Assembly (NCBI RefSeq): GCF_018977255.1
Contig: NW_024704742.1
Coordinates: 113,648,001 to 113,712,000, forward strand
Direction: 5' to 3'
Source of the DNA: Callorhinchus milii
Taxonomy: Eukaryota
Length of the DNA: 64,000 nt
The notes beneath the pieces were generated by a model that made no database searches, was not told the origin of the DNA, and saw only the letters and a list, made by a program, of their open reading frames with translations. This document shows, piece by piece, positions 1 to 11,270 of the stretch. Position 1 is the stretch's first letter; each line of letters begins with the position of its first letter. The position numbers and the translations under genes were made by a program.

Positions 1-80
1 AATTGTGAGTTTGACGAGAGCTGTCTCTATGCTGCAGGCAGGACAGAAACCGGACTGGAGGGGCTCGAGTAGGGAGTGGA
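1..80 (-). mobile_element. L2 LINE RT fragment, cut by the window edge
   Basis: Minus strand reads HSLLEPLQSGFCPACSIETALVKLT, matching the 'LFEPLQSGFHAVHSTEPALVK' segment of the L2 copies in this window. Confidence 0.75.
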
Positions 81-366
81 AGGAGTGGTCATGGGCTTCA
101 TATAGGTGATGATGGACATCCAGGCGGTATGATAGCTCCCTGGCATGCCAACCAACTGTTCCAGCACTGACACCTCACCCCATCCCTGGCGTGTGTATAT
201 GTGTGTGTGTGTGCTTGTGTGCCAACCTTCGCAAAGCACTGTTACTATAGGTAAGTTGATTTTCATATAGGTATATATACATACATATATATTCTGTGTT
301 TTTCTAATATTTTTGGAGAATAAGAAAATGGGGTTGAGAGGGGGAACGCCATTAAATTTAGCATAG

Positions 367-735
367 TTCCTGTAGTGTACTGGTTAGAGCACTCGCCTTG
401 CAAGCGAGAAGACCTAGGTTCGATTCCCGGGCGGGGCCAAACATTAGGCAAGTTTCCTTACTCCACACACACACTCTGTTTACCTAGCAGTAAGTCGGAA
501 CCCGTTTTTTAGTTGATTGGCGGATCCCTTTCCAGGGGTAATAATCCCTTCATAGAAAATACTAATTTGGTGACTCAATCCACGACAGTTTGGGGACACT
601 GCTGTGTGCAATTGGCTGCCGTGCTTCACTCACAAAACATATGCTCAATTTACTTTACACTATAATCTGTAAAGAGATTTGAGGTGTCTAGAAGATGTGA
701 TGAGGCGCTATATCAAATGCAAGGAATATTATAAC
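367..735 (+). mobile_element. tRNA-derived Deu-type SINE, long variant with an extra internal block
   Basis: tRNA-like head with A box (TGGTTAGAG), TGC anticodon loop and B box (GGTTCGATTCC). It has the Deu-like CTGCTGTGTGCAATTGGCTGCC motif and an L2-type 3' tail. Confidence 0.85.
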
Positions 736-736
736 T

Positions 737-1330
737 ATGATTGAGAGGGAGGAAGGAGTGAGTGATGTAGAGGCATGGGGGTTGCTCAGGGACCCGGGGG
801 AGGAAGAGGAGGCAGCCAGGCTTTTTTCTATCTTTGAGATGAAGAAGGGAAGGATCTCTTCATACTTGGCATTAGATGTGAGGAATGAGGTGTTTGAGAA
901 GGGGGCACAGAGGAGGTGATGAGTGGTTGAGAACAGCACTTTGGTGTTATTTTTATATAGCATTTCGTCTACAAAGTATACAGTCAATTCACTTTACAGT
1001 ATGTTCTGTGAAGCGCTTTGAAATGTCTGAAAGACATGATAAGTGCTATATCAAATGCAAGGATTATTATTAATATTATTATTATTATTTTTGGCCTCCA
1101 GACTGGCATTGAAATAGAAAACAGTTTTGGCCTGTGAGAGGCAGGGGCGGTAGGTGAAAAGATACTCGAGCCGCGTTTGCCGATGAACCATGAGACGTCT
1201 GGGTTTTAGATTTGAGGAGAAGAGGTGGCTGTTATACCAGGGGGATCAGATGGTTTGGAGACAGTCCTGGATTTCAGGGAGACAAAGAACTGAAAATTGA
1301 GGAGAGGCGCTCGTTGCAGCAAAAGTGATC
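737..1330 (-). mobile_element. Old L2 ORF2 fragment interrupted by a SINE 3' piece
   Basis: Reads LEAK|NNTKVLFSTTHHLL...YEEILPFFISKIEK across the insert, homologous to ILEAKDNPRLPFSTTNRLL...CEEMLDLLNSKIE in the 3290-5793 copy. Confidence 0.75.
954..1092 (+). mobile_element. SINE 3' fragment nested in an L2
   Basis: CAGTCAATTCACTTTACAGT...ATCAAATGCAAGGATTATT tail, flanked by TTATTTTT on both sides (probable TSD). Confidence 0.8.
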
Positions 1331-2542
1331 AACCATCTTCATTTGCCTTTTGCCTTAAGGAAAATAGATGAATCACTCTTGATTCCAACGGTTCTGAAAT
1401 GAAATGCAATTTAATCCAATTCCTTTCAAGCCAAATGATATCTCAGAACAGTGAGAATATCACAAAATGAATGATCCAGGAAATGGTTAATAAAAATGCC
1501 AGAAAATAATACACCAACCGGCCAAAAACTTAAAAATCATATTTTAAAAAAACGCTCCACATTCTTATAACGGTTGTCTGAGAAATTAATGATCTCTAGC
1601 CCAAGGGTTAAATTGATTCCAGCTTATTGAATTCTGAAAGCTGCTCCAGAACTTTCATTTCTGAACTGTATCATATGGATTCTCGCTCAGAGATTACTCC
1701 ATGAACAAACCTTGCAGATTGATTACTAATGTAACAGTGACGAGGGTGTGAATGTTTCTATGGTCATGGAGCCATCTAGGACATGCATAATAGAGCAGGT
1801 GTTGGTTTGTACGAGTAAAGCCTTGTTCTCACAATAAGATCGTACATTGACTGTTAACTGGAATGTAAAACAACATTGTAATACTGCAGTTTCAATGTGG
1901 TTAGATGGGCCTTGTACGAGCAGTAATCCAGGTCTGGTACTGACCTGCATTATGAATTCCAACAAAGTTATTGGGATCAGAACAGAGACACTTGGAATCG
2001 AGATGAAGGTGAGCTTTCTATTTTGAATAAATTAATCTGTATTCTAATGAGACTTGCTGCTCCCTGTTATGTAAACAGCTTCCGTTTTAAATGTCTCACT
2101 GATTGATAAGAAGCTTAGGGGTACAGAGGAGCATTTTTGATGGGAGTCATTTAAAAGTATCAAAGTGATTTTCTGTTGATAGTAATGAATAAAGAATCCA
2201 TAAGTTGCAAATTATTTTAGAGGCCTTTGACTGTTTTACTCCTTAAGCGGAATGCAAACAAAGATTTCCATGTGTAGCCTTATCTCTGTTACCTTCATGT
2301 TACCTTATTTCTATCCAGTTGTATTTATAATTTAATCATAATGTACTTTCAGAGTCTATCAGATTTTGTGCCAACCTGCAGTAACTAAACCAATGCCATT
2401 ATTTGCTTGCCAATATAGAGAGTGCACCATGACAAGTGAAGTAACATTAATATTAAATTATTTTTGAATCAGTCAAATTAAATGCATATCTTTTCACATA
2501 CAATTTCATATACAGTATAACTAAGATTATTTCAGGGATGCT

Positions 2543-2875
2543 GGAGTCCTGTAGCTCAGTGGTTAGAGCACTCGCTTTGCAAGTGAGAGACCTGAGTTCA
2601 ATTCCAGTCAGGGCGAAACCTTGGGCAAGTTTCCTTACTCCACACAGAGCCTAATAATAATCCCTCCAAAACCAAAAACAATAATAAATTGGTCATTTTC
2701 AATCTATGACTGTTTGTGGGACATTGCTGTGCGCAATTGGCTGCCGCGTTCGCCCACAAATATACAGTCAATTCACTTTACAGTGTGTTTTGTGAAGCGC
2801 TTTGGGACGTCCTCCCGACGTGAAAAGCGCTATATCAAATGCAAGGATTATTATTATTATTATTATTATTATTAT
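2543..2875 (+). mobile_element. Full-length young tRNA(Ala-like)-Deu SINE
   Basis: Head GGAGTCCTGTAGCTCAGTGGTTAGAGCAC, Deu-like core, 3' hairpin and (TTA)n tail. Near-identical copies occur elsewhere in the window. Confidence 0.9.
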
Positions 2876-3082
2876 GCTCCATCTAACGTGTGAAATCAGG
2901 GGAGTTACAAATAGGATACATTATTTGGCTTGAATTTTTCTCCTCATTTATTAAATCTTAACAGACCCAACATGGCTCCAGCTATATGAACGAGCAACCT
3001 CTTTAGATATGACACATTATTATAAGTGGGATAACCATTCGTACATCTTGTGTTCCAAAATATAAGTTAGTACAATATTTAC

Positions 3083-3193
3083 CTACGCACTTTTTTTGCA
3101 GGCTGAAGGTTGCCATCTCCTCATGGAGAAACAGCTGGGTCCTGTACAACCATTCCTCCAGATTACGTGTCCCAGATGAACTGCACATTATGG
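3083..3193 (-). CDS. Candidate 111-bp internal exon (IMCSSSGTRNLEEWLYRTQLFLHEEMATFSLQKKCV)
   Basis: Acceptor ttgcttttgcag, donor TAG|GTAAAT, length a multiple of 3, one open frame (phase 1/1). No homolog recognised. Confidence 0.3.
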
Positions 3194-3289
3194 CTGCAAA
3201 AGCAACTGGTTAATTGGCAAAACTAATAAATTACCAGCATCTCATGCCATAGAAAGCACTATGTGATGTAAATTGTATTTTCTGCAGAC

Positions 3290-5793
3290 TTTACTGTACA
3301 TTGTGACTTCAACCTCCACTTAACCCCCTCCTGCTCTACCTCTGCCGACTTCTCCTCCCTCCGCTCTTCCCTCAACCTCTCCCTTCTCATCCACTTCCCC
3401 ATCCACGACCGTGGCCACCCCCTTGACCTGGTGATCACCCGGGGCCTCACCATCTCGGACATCACCATCGTCAATAAAGCCATCTTGGACCACCACTTCA
3501 TCTCCCTCAACACTTCAGGTCCAGGCGTGTTTCGTAACCCCTTTCCCAACCCTCCACCATTACATATCGCCTATGGAAAAAAATTTCCTCCCTCTCCCTC
3601 TCCACTGCCCTGGAGTCATCTGAACTCCTACACCTCTGGCCCTCACTGACCGATCTCCCCTCCTCACTCTCCTTTCTCCACAATTCCCTCTCCTCCATTC
3701 TGGACTCCCTTAGCCCCCTCACCTCCCAAACTGCCTCATACTCCCGTAAATTCCCCTGGTACACCAGCCATCTCTCCGTTCCCTCAAGGCACAAGTGCGA
3801 GCTGCCAAACACGCCTGGACCAAATCCAAACTAACGGTCCATTGGCAGATTTGGCTTCACCACATCAAGATCTACCGCTGCGCTCTTGCCTCCGCTAAAT
3901 CCTCCTTCTACTCCAAGGTTATCTTAGAGGCAAAGGATAACCCCCGACTTCCCTTTTCCACCACGAACCGTCTCCTCCGTCCACCTTCCCATACCTCGCC
4001 CATCCTCTCCTCAAACTCCAACTGTGAGGAGATGCTGGACTTACTCAATTCTAAAATCGAGGGGATGCATTCAGCCACCTCAGCCCTGTCCACAGCCACC
4101 CCCACATCACCTCTCCCTCATAACCCACCCTCCACCCATTCCCTCCCTATACTCCTTTGACCCTCCCTCACCACGACTATCCGCAAATTCAAACCCACCA
4201 CCTGCTCCCTCGATCCCATTCCCACCTCTATCCTCGTCTCCCAGCTCCACCTTCTGGCCCCTCTCCTGTCCGATGTCATCAACCTCTCCTTGTCCACTGG
4301 TTCAGTTCCCACCCCCCTAAAAACAGCCGTCATCACCCCCATCTTGAAAAACCTTCCCTGGATCCATCCCTCCTCTCCAGCTACCGCCCCATCTCTAACT
4401 TCCCATTCCTCTCCAAGGTCCCAGCGTCCCAGCTCCGCTCCTTTCTCTCTCACCGTTCCCTCTTTGAACCCCTCCAATCCGGCTTCCACGCTGTCCACAG
4501 CACGGAACCAGCCCTGGTCAAATCACTAATGACATTCTGAACATCTGTGATCGGAGCTCCCTCTGCCTCCTTGTCCTCCTCGACCTCTCTGCCGCCTTCG
4601 ACATTGTTGACCATTCCGTCCTCATACACCACCTCTCCGCTTTACTCAATCTTCACGGACCTGCCCTTGCCTGGTTCAATTCCTATCTCTCTCACCGACT
4701 CCACTTTGTTGCCTCTAACGGTTTCTCCTCCAGCCCCCGCACTGTCACGTCTGGTGTCCCCCAGGGCTCTATCCTTGGCCCTCTTCTGTTTAATATCTAC
4801 ATGCTCCCCCTTGGTGACATCATCCACAGACATGGGGTCAACTTCCCCATGTATGAGGATGACACCCAACTCTATCTTTCTGCCTCCACCCTCAACTCCA
4901 GGACCACTGCTGTCCTGACAGACTGCCTGTCGGACATCAAGTCCTGGATGAGGGCAAATTTCCTACAGTGAATGTGAACAAGACTGAGGCCCTCCTGATT
5001 GGATCGCGCCAGCGCCTCTGCACCTCAGGCTCTGGCAGCATCAACCTCCATGGTTGCACACTACAACTCACCAAGTCAGTCAGGAACCTAGGTGTCTTGT
5101 TCGACTCTCAACTGTCTTTTCGCCCCTACATTCAAGCCATGACCCGCTCTGCCTTCCCTCACCTCCGTAACATCGCCTGACTCCGCCACTACCTCACCCC
5201 TCAGGCCGCTGAAACTCTTGTTCATGCCTTCATCACCTCCAGGCCCGACTATGCATATGTCCTGCTTGTCGGCCTTCCCAACTCCTCCCTCCACAGGCTG
5301 CAGATAATCCAGAACTCTGCAGCCTGTGTCCTCTTCCGCACCAAACTCTGTGACCCCATCTCCCCCACTCTCGCCCAACTCCACTGGCTCCCTATTCTTG
5401 AGAGGATCCAGTTCAAAAATCCTGGTCCTCACATACAAAGCCCTCCATGGCCTCGCCCCACCCTACCTCTGCGACCTCCTAACCCCCTACCAACCCGCCC
5501 GTTCCCTCCGCTCAGCCGGCTCTGGCCTGCTCCACGTCCCGGACCGATCCGCCCCACCATTGGTGGGAGAGCCTTCAGCCACTCTGCCCCAACCTCTGGA
5601 ATTCCATCTCCCAATCACTCCGCCTCACCCCCTCCTTAACCTCAAGACCCTCCTCTTCAACCATGCCATCGGCCACCCCCCCTTCCCCTCCCCTCCCTTC
5701 CCTCCCCCTGACCCCAGCTTGGGTCTGAAATCCTGAACTTCTTCCGGACGTGAAAGGCGCTATACAAATGTAATCTTGTTGTTGTTGTTGTTG
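3290..5793 (+). mobile_element. 5'-truncated L2 LINE (~2.5 kb): end of APE endonuclease, RT and 3' UTR; frameshifted
   Basis: Motifs DFNLHL, GHPLDLVI and DHHF (APE); LQSGF, LLDLSAAFD, GVPQGSILGP and YEDDTQLY (RT); LHWLP and KILVLTYKALHGLAPPYL; ends in the hairpin plus (TTG)n. Confidence 0.95.
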
Positions 5794-5894
5794 TGTCATT
5801 GTCACATTCTTTCATTCATAAGAACGTAATAATTTTGAACTTCAAAAAAGCATGCCCTATTCTACTACGGTGCTGCATTTTATATTGCCTTATC

Positions 5895-6045
5895 AAACGG
5901 AAGGCTGTCATCTCTGACATTGCAGCACTTCCCCAATAAAGCAGCATTACAGCCAAGACTCTGAAGTTGAGGTTCAGATGTGAGAATTGAGCCACATTCT
6001 TCTGGATCCAGAAGTGAGAGCGCTTCCGATCTAAGCTAAGCTGAT
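5895..6045 (-). mobile_element. Old SacSINE1-like SINE 5' fragment
   Basis: Diverged reverse complement of the head of the 39018-39433 copy. Confidence 0.55.
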
Positions 6046-6093
6046 ATTTTTTAGTCAGCCGGGTGTCATGCGGAAAACTCATCACCAAGCTTG

Positions 6094-6265
6094 AGAGTAT
6101 CCAAACCAAGCTGAGATTTCCATGCATCCCACTTACACTTGGAAATTCCAGAAATAGATTATTAGAATGGAATGCACACTCTCTGCCCGGAGGGACGTAT
6201 CCTGCTTACCTAACTCTGGAATGTATTAGGCAGGTTGGGGCCAAGGCTTGGGGACCCCAGAGTGT
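6094..6265 (+). repeat. Unclassified ~170-bp interspersed repeat, copy 1
   Basis: Aligns by eye with 28532-28710 (CTGAGATT.CCATGCATCCCA; CCTGCTTACCTAA; GCCAAGGCTTGG..CCAGAGTGTG). Confidence 0.8.
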
Positions 6266-6364
6266 GATAATGAAATTGGTAGAAATTTGCGGTTGCTTCT
6301 GATGTGAAAATTGATCTGACGTCAAGGTAACTGAGAGAGCACCTCATAGTAAATGACTTAAAAA

Positions 6365-6456
6365 CAACACCACCACCACCAAAACTACATTTGTATAGCG
6401 CCTTTCACGTCAGGAGGACGTCCCAAGGCGCTATACAAATGTAATTTTGTGGTTGT
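6365..6456 (-). mobile_element. Very short L2 3' tail, with a second + strand tail end abutting it
   Basis: TACATTTGTATAGCGCCTTTCACGTCAGGAGGACGTCCCAAGGCGCTATACAAATGTAA reads as the tail terminus on both strands. Confidence 0.75.
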
Positions 6457-6659
6457 AAACATTCGTGCCCTTAATAAAAAGGCTTGCATGTGAAACAAAA
6501 ATATTTAAGATGTCCTTTGGTAATAATAATTAACATTAAATTGTATAACCTCCCACATGGAGAGAACTGTAGATAAATAACCATACAGGTACTTGAAAAC
6601 TACTACATAATATCTGGTACATAAAGGTTAAGAAACTCTCTTTTCAACTGAATTTTTGG

Positions 6660-6820
6660 CCCCCTTCTCTCCCCCACCTCACCCCCGCTGCAGCTCCTCT
6701 CTCTTCTCAGCTTCTCCCTCCTCAGCTCCAACGCCACAGCTCACACTGAGCTCGGCTGTGTGAAACCCTTTGAGATGTCCTCCTAATGTGAAAGGCGCTA
6801 TACAAATGTAAATTGTATTA
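6660..6820 (+). mobile_element. Short L2 3' end
   Basis: C-rich UTR followed by GATGTCCTCCTAATGTGAAAGGCGCTATACAAATGTAA. Confidence 0.75.
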
Positions 6821-7886
6821 TTCACTCGTTTCAACTTAAGGCACCGATTGTTGGATTTGCAATGCACTAATTGGAAATTTTATGGACAATAACATAACAT
6901 TTTCAAATAGTTACAAATACAAGGTATTTGACTTTTCTTTTAAACTTTAGGTACCCAAAGTAACCTCAAATTATTTTAGACCATGGAATTTCATTCCCAA
7001 AATGTAATAAAATGTTTGCAAACTTTAATCTCCATCCCCTGAACTTTTACAGTCAAGAGCTCAGAACCCAATTGCTTCAGCAGAATTAAATGATGATTTT
7101 TTTGGGTTCCATAGAGCTAACATCTTTAGCCAATTTTGTCAAGGCCTCAGTCGGTTGAGTGCACCCCGCCCCAGGTGATTTGACATTCAATGATTTAATA
7201 CCATATGTTCAACTAACTTAAACACTATTGTATAAGTGCACAAACAATGTTAAAAGACTAAGATGACTTTCAAAGTTATGTACTTAGATATGTTTCTTAC
7301 TCAAATCATTTTTGTTAAAAATGTTTGTTTCTTTGTAACTCTGAAAATTCTGGACAAGAATTAGTAAAATGAATTACTCTGAGAAAGAAAAAAAGAAAAA
7401 CTAGAAATGCTAAGTACAGTGATCGTGTGATCTTTTAAATTTACTTCACAGGAACTTTGTTCTTCCCTACTTTCTCCAGCACATCACAGTTGATTGTGAA
7501 ACCCTGGAATTGTGTGTAAAAATATTTAATCTTTCCATTCTGAACATGACCATTCTATGAAAAAAAGTTGAATTTATATCACCTGACCTGTACCTGACTT
7601 ATCTCAAGCTTCCTCAAGGCACACACAAGGGGTCAGAGAAGCTTGTTGGGAATGGGGAAGGGGGAGGAGAGGCAAGAGTTAGTAATAGTTACAAGGTTCA
7701 AGATCAAAGCTTAAGCAATTGATCAATTCCATCGGAACCCAGAGATTGTAAGTGTTTCAGCCTTACAATGTGGAAACGACACATGTAACACACAGCAAAA
7801 AATAATCTTATCTTCTATGCCTATCAAATGTTGCTGCTTCAACAAGTTGTCTCTCAGCCTTGTCCTTGTGTCTTTCTTTATTTCCA

Positions 7887-7975
7887 TATGCTACAACATA
7901 TTAGGTGTTAGCACAATTTGTTACAATGTGCTACAACATTTGCTATAACATGCTACAACATATTAGGTGTTAGCT
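7887..7975. repeat. Degenerate tandem repeat (TGCTACAACA-like units) with a 25-bp duplication
   Basis: ATGCTACAACATATTAGGTGTTAGC occurs twice, with 10-11-bp units between. Confidence 0.75.
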
Positions 7976-8345
7976 CAGTTGTAGCACTTTCACGTCTGAT
8001 CAGAAGGTTCAACCTCCACATCAGGACTTTGAGCTGACAGTCTATGCTGACACCTCAGTGCATTACTGAGGCCTGTTCAAGGGGACGGTAAAGATCCTTA
8101 AATTGTTAAAAAAAAACTACTTGAAAAGAGAAGGGAGTTTCTCCCAGTTTCCTGGCCAACAATCCCCCAAATAAAATTGGTGCCTCACTCCATGCCTGGG
8201 ACATTGCTATGCACAAATTGGCTGCGGCATTCGACCAGAAAATGCACAGCCACTACACTTTGTAGTAAATCCTATGAAATGCTTTGAGATGTCTCGACAA
8301 GATGATAAGGTGCTATATCAAATGTAAGGATTATTCTTAATAATA
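7965..8345 (+). mobile_element. Old SacSINE1/AmnSINE1-like Deu SINE
   Basis: Head GCTCAGTTGTAGCACT...CAGAAGGTTCAA, Deu core CATTGCTATGCACAAATTGGCTGC, and tail. Confidence 0.8.
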
Positions 8346-9193
8346 AATATCAGATGGGTCGGCTCTAGCCAACTATTAGCTGTTTTCGGAACAAGGCTCT
8401 GACCCAGGGTTAACCCGCAAAACAAAGTACTGGTTAACCATTGCCTCGTGGACATGTCTGCTGTATATAAATACCTGCAAAACGGCAACCATATCAGTGA
8501 GTGGAGCTGGAAGCAGAAGACACCCAAGGCTGCCCTCCTGGAGTCAAGACAGCCATGGCTGAGACTATAATGGAGTTCAGACGTTGTTTATTCAGTGCCA
8601 CTGCCAACTTTGGGGCTATTTTACCTTTTTTAAAAGAATTAAAATCACATTAAAGAAAATAAATGCAATAATTTTAATCTCCAAATTAAGGCAGACATCT
8701 TATGTACAATGTTTAGTGTATAAATTCTTGTTATTCTATAATCTGTAGCTCAGAACAATCGTACCTCAGGCATCTCTATTGACAATATGTTATAATAATA
8801 AGCTTTGCATTTGATATAGCACCTATAATCTCAGTTTATTGTTTCATCTGAAGGGCTTCCAACAGTGCAGCACAACCCCGGCACTGCACCATGACATAGC
8901 TCAGAGTCCCCAACATGAAGTTTGAGCCCACATAGATGAGAGTTCTACCAATTTAACCGGGGTGATGTATCAAAATTCAAGTAACCTCTTAGTTTAGGAA
9001 CAGCTTTGAAGTAGATTTCATCAATTTACTTTAGCACTTTCTTTTTTGGCTGTTGTGCTCCTTTGTTTCCTGGGAAATAGCCAAATAACATCCTTTCAGG
9101 CATCACTGTGTGGTCTCTGTCACTTTAATCGGCCTCTCCACAGGATCTCATCAATTGGAATCTTATTATATTTAGGTGTGAGATCCACTACTA

Positions 9194-9495
9194 CTAATAA
9201 TAATACTTGCATTTGATATAGCGCTTTTCACGTCTTCTAGATGTCTCAAAGTGCTTTACAGAATATACTGTAAAGTGAATTGACTATATTTGTGCGCGAA
9301 ATGCAGCAGCCAAATTGCGCACAGCAGTGTCCCACAATCAGTCATGGATTGAAGTGACCAGTTTATTATTATTTTTTTCTTGAGGGATTATTGTGTGGAG
9401 TAGCGAAACTTGCCCAAGGTTTTGTCCTGCCGAGAATCAAAACCAGGTCTCTCGCTTGCGAGGCAGGTGCTCTAACCACTGAGCTACAGGACTCC
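9194..9495 (-). mobile_element. Full-length young tRNA-Deu SINE
   Basis: Reverse complement of the 2543-2875 family from head to tail. Confidence 0.9.
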
Positions 9496-9514
9496 ACTAA
9501 TGAGTGTAAGTACA

Positions 9515-9662
9515 ATATTATGTATTAGAGTCTATATGATAATGATTGTAAGGTCTATAACATAACATATTATGCATTAAGGTTTATGTTATGATGTACT
9601 TCAAGTCTATATCATGTATTAAGGTCTATAAGTATAATGTGTTTAAGATCTACATTATAATC
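9515..9662. repeat. Degenerate AT-rich minisatellite (~20-30-bp units, core TATTAAGGTCTATA)
   Basis: About six imperfect recurrences of the core. Confidence 0.6.
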
Positions 9663-10254
9663 CATTTCAGGCGAAGACATACCAAATAAAACAGGCACAG
9701 ATTTTGTACAGCACGATTGCTCTAGCCCACGTATACACCATTGTCTAGTAACGTCTATTCCTTCTATTAGATAATGGAATCAATCATATGCATTACAACA
9801 TAATATTGTGTTCAGAATGGTGTGTTAACCTTATTGCATCTGATTTTTATCTACAAAAGGTTCCTTTCCATCTGTTTCCTCAATCATCAATGATGACAAT
9901 TTTCACTTTACTAGCAGTACAAGGTGAAAATTTAATCTTACTCATTCCTTCAACGTACACCCTGGAAGATTATCAAGTTCCCCATAGGTTCTTATCTTTA
10001 TTCAAAAGCTAATCGTATATCTGATGGGAGTCCCTATTGTATGCTTTCTTTACAAATTATTGAATTGTATTTTTAATAGCTTTTGATTAGGCGATTATTC
10101 AACACTAACTACAAGCCATTATTACAGAGATGAGCACCAAAGAGATCTATAATTAAAATATTGTTTCACTATCAATTCACAAGTGGATTCAGCTTTTTTC
10201 CCTCCAAAATGAACAAATATCTATTTTAATAAATCTATTAAGTCTATTGTCATA

Positions 10255-10635
10255 CTGGCTCATTTGGTTGGCTACATACGCTCTGGATCAGAAGGTTATA
10301 GGTTTAAGTGCCACATTGGGAGTTTGAGCACACAGACTAAGCTGACAATCCAGCACAATACACATTGTCTGAAGTGCCATCCTCCAGATAAGACGCTAAA
10401 ACAAGGTTCCATCTGCCTGTTCAGTTGGACACTAAGTCCTATGATGCTCTTTAAAAAGAGAAGAAAGTCTGAACCCTCCAGGTAAAATTGGGATCTCACT
10501 TCACAGCTGTCTGTGGAACCTTGGCTGCCATGTTTACCTACAAAAACAGTCACTACAATTGACAACAATTTCCTGCCATGCATTTTGAGATGTTTCAGTT
10601 GTTATTGGATCTGTACCAAATGCAAGGACTATTAA
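10255..10635 (+). mobile_element. Old SacSINE1-like SINE
   Basis: TCAGAAGGTTATAGGTTTAAG head, CCATCTGCCTGTTCAG, and tail. Confidence 0.75.
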
Positions 10636-11129
10636 TTCAAAGATACCCATAGTGACTGCTTCATTCTATTAGATACAAACAGATAAAATTTGCCCTGGGA
10701 GACAAGAAATAACAATAAATAATAATAATCTTTCCATTTGACACCTTTCACGTTGGGAGGATATCTCAAAGCTCTTCACGGGATTTACTGTAATGTGTAA
10801 TGATTGTGTATTTTTGTAGGTGAACGTAATCCAGCTTCTTGCTGTTGCTCATAAAATTTTGCAGACATTCTAGCTTCTGCCTAACTATCAAGATTCTCAA
10901 TAACATTAACTCAAGGGGCATTTCAATTATGTTTGGGATTCAAATTTCTTTCATAGAAACTAATTCAGTCAAGATCTTGTAACTAAATAATAGGATTTTC
11001 AGTATAAACATTACCTTGAAAATCTTGAATGTGCTATGTTATACTATGAAGAGTGTGTTAATGTACAGCCAAAGTACACAGATTGCTTTTAATATTATTA
11101 AACTTGAAATTATTGACTAAAGTATTTTG

Positions 11130-11270
11130 AATAATCCTTACATTTGATATAGCTCTTTCATTTTCAGAGGACATCTCAAAACATTTCACAGGATACACTG
11201 TAAAGTGGAGTGACTGCATGTTTTATGGGCAAACGTGGCAGTCAATTTGTGCATAGCAATGTCCCACAAC
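11130..11270 (-). mobile_element. Deu SINE 3' fragment
   Basis: Tail plus reverse-complemented Deu core (GCAGTCAATTTGTGCATAGCAATGTCCCAC). Confidence 0.75.

Noticed and set aside
245..256. Plus-strand donor TAG|GTAAGT
   Set aside because: Upstream is a GT microsatellite and an L2 fragment; no plausible exon.
367..440. tRNA-Ala(TGC) gene
   Set aside because: It continues into the SINE body and has many dispersed decayed copies, so it is a SINE head.
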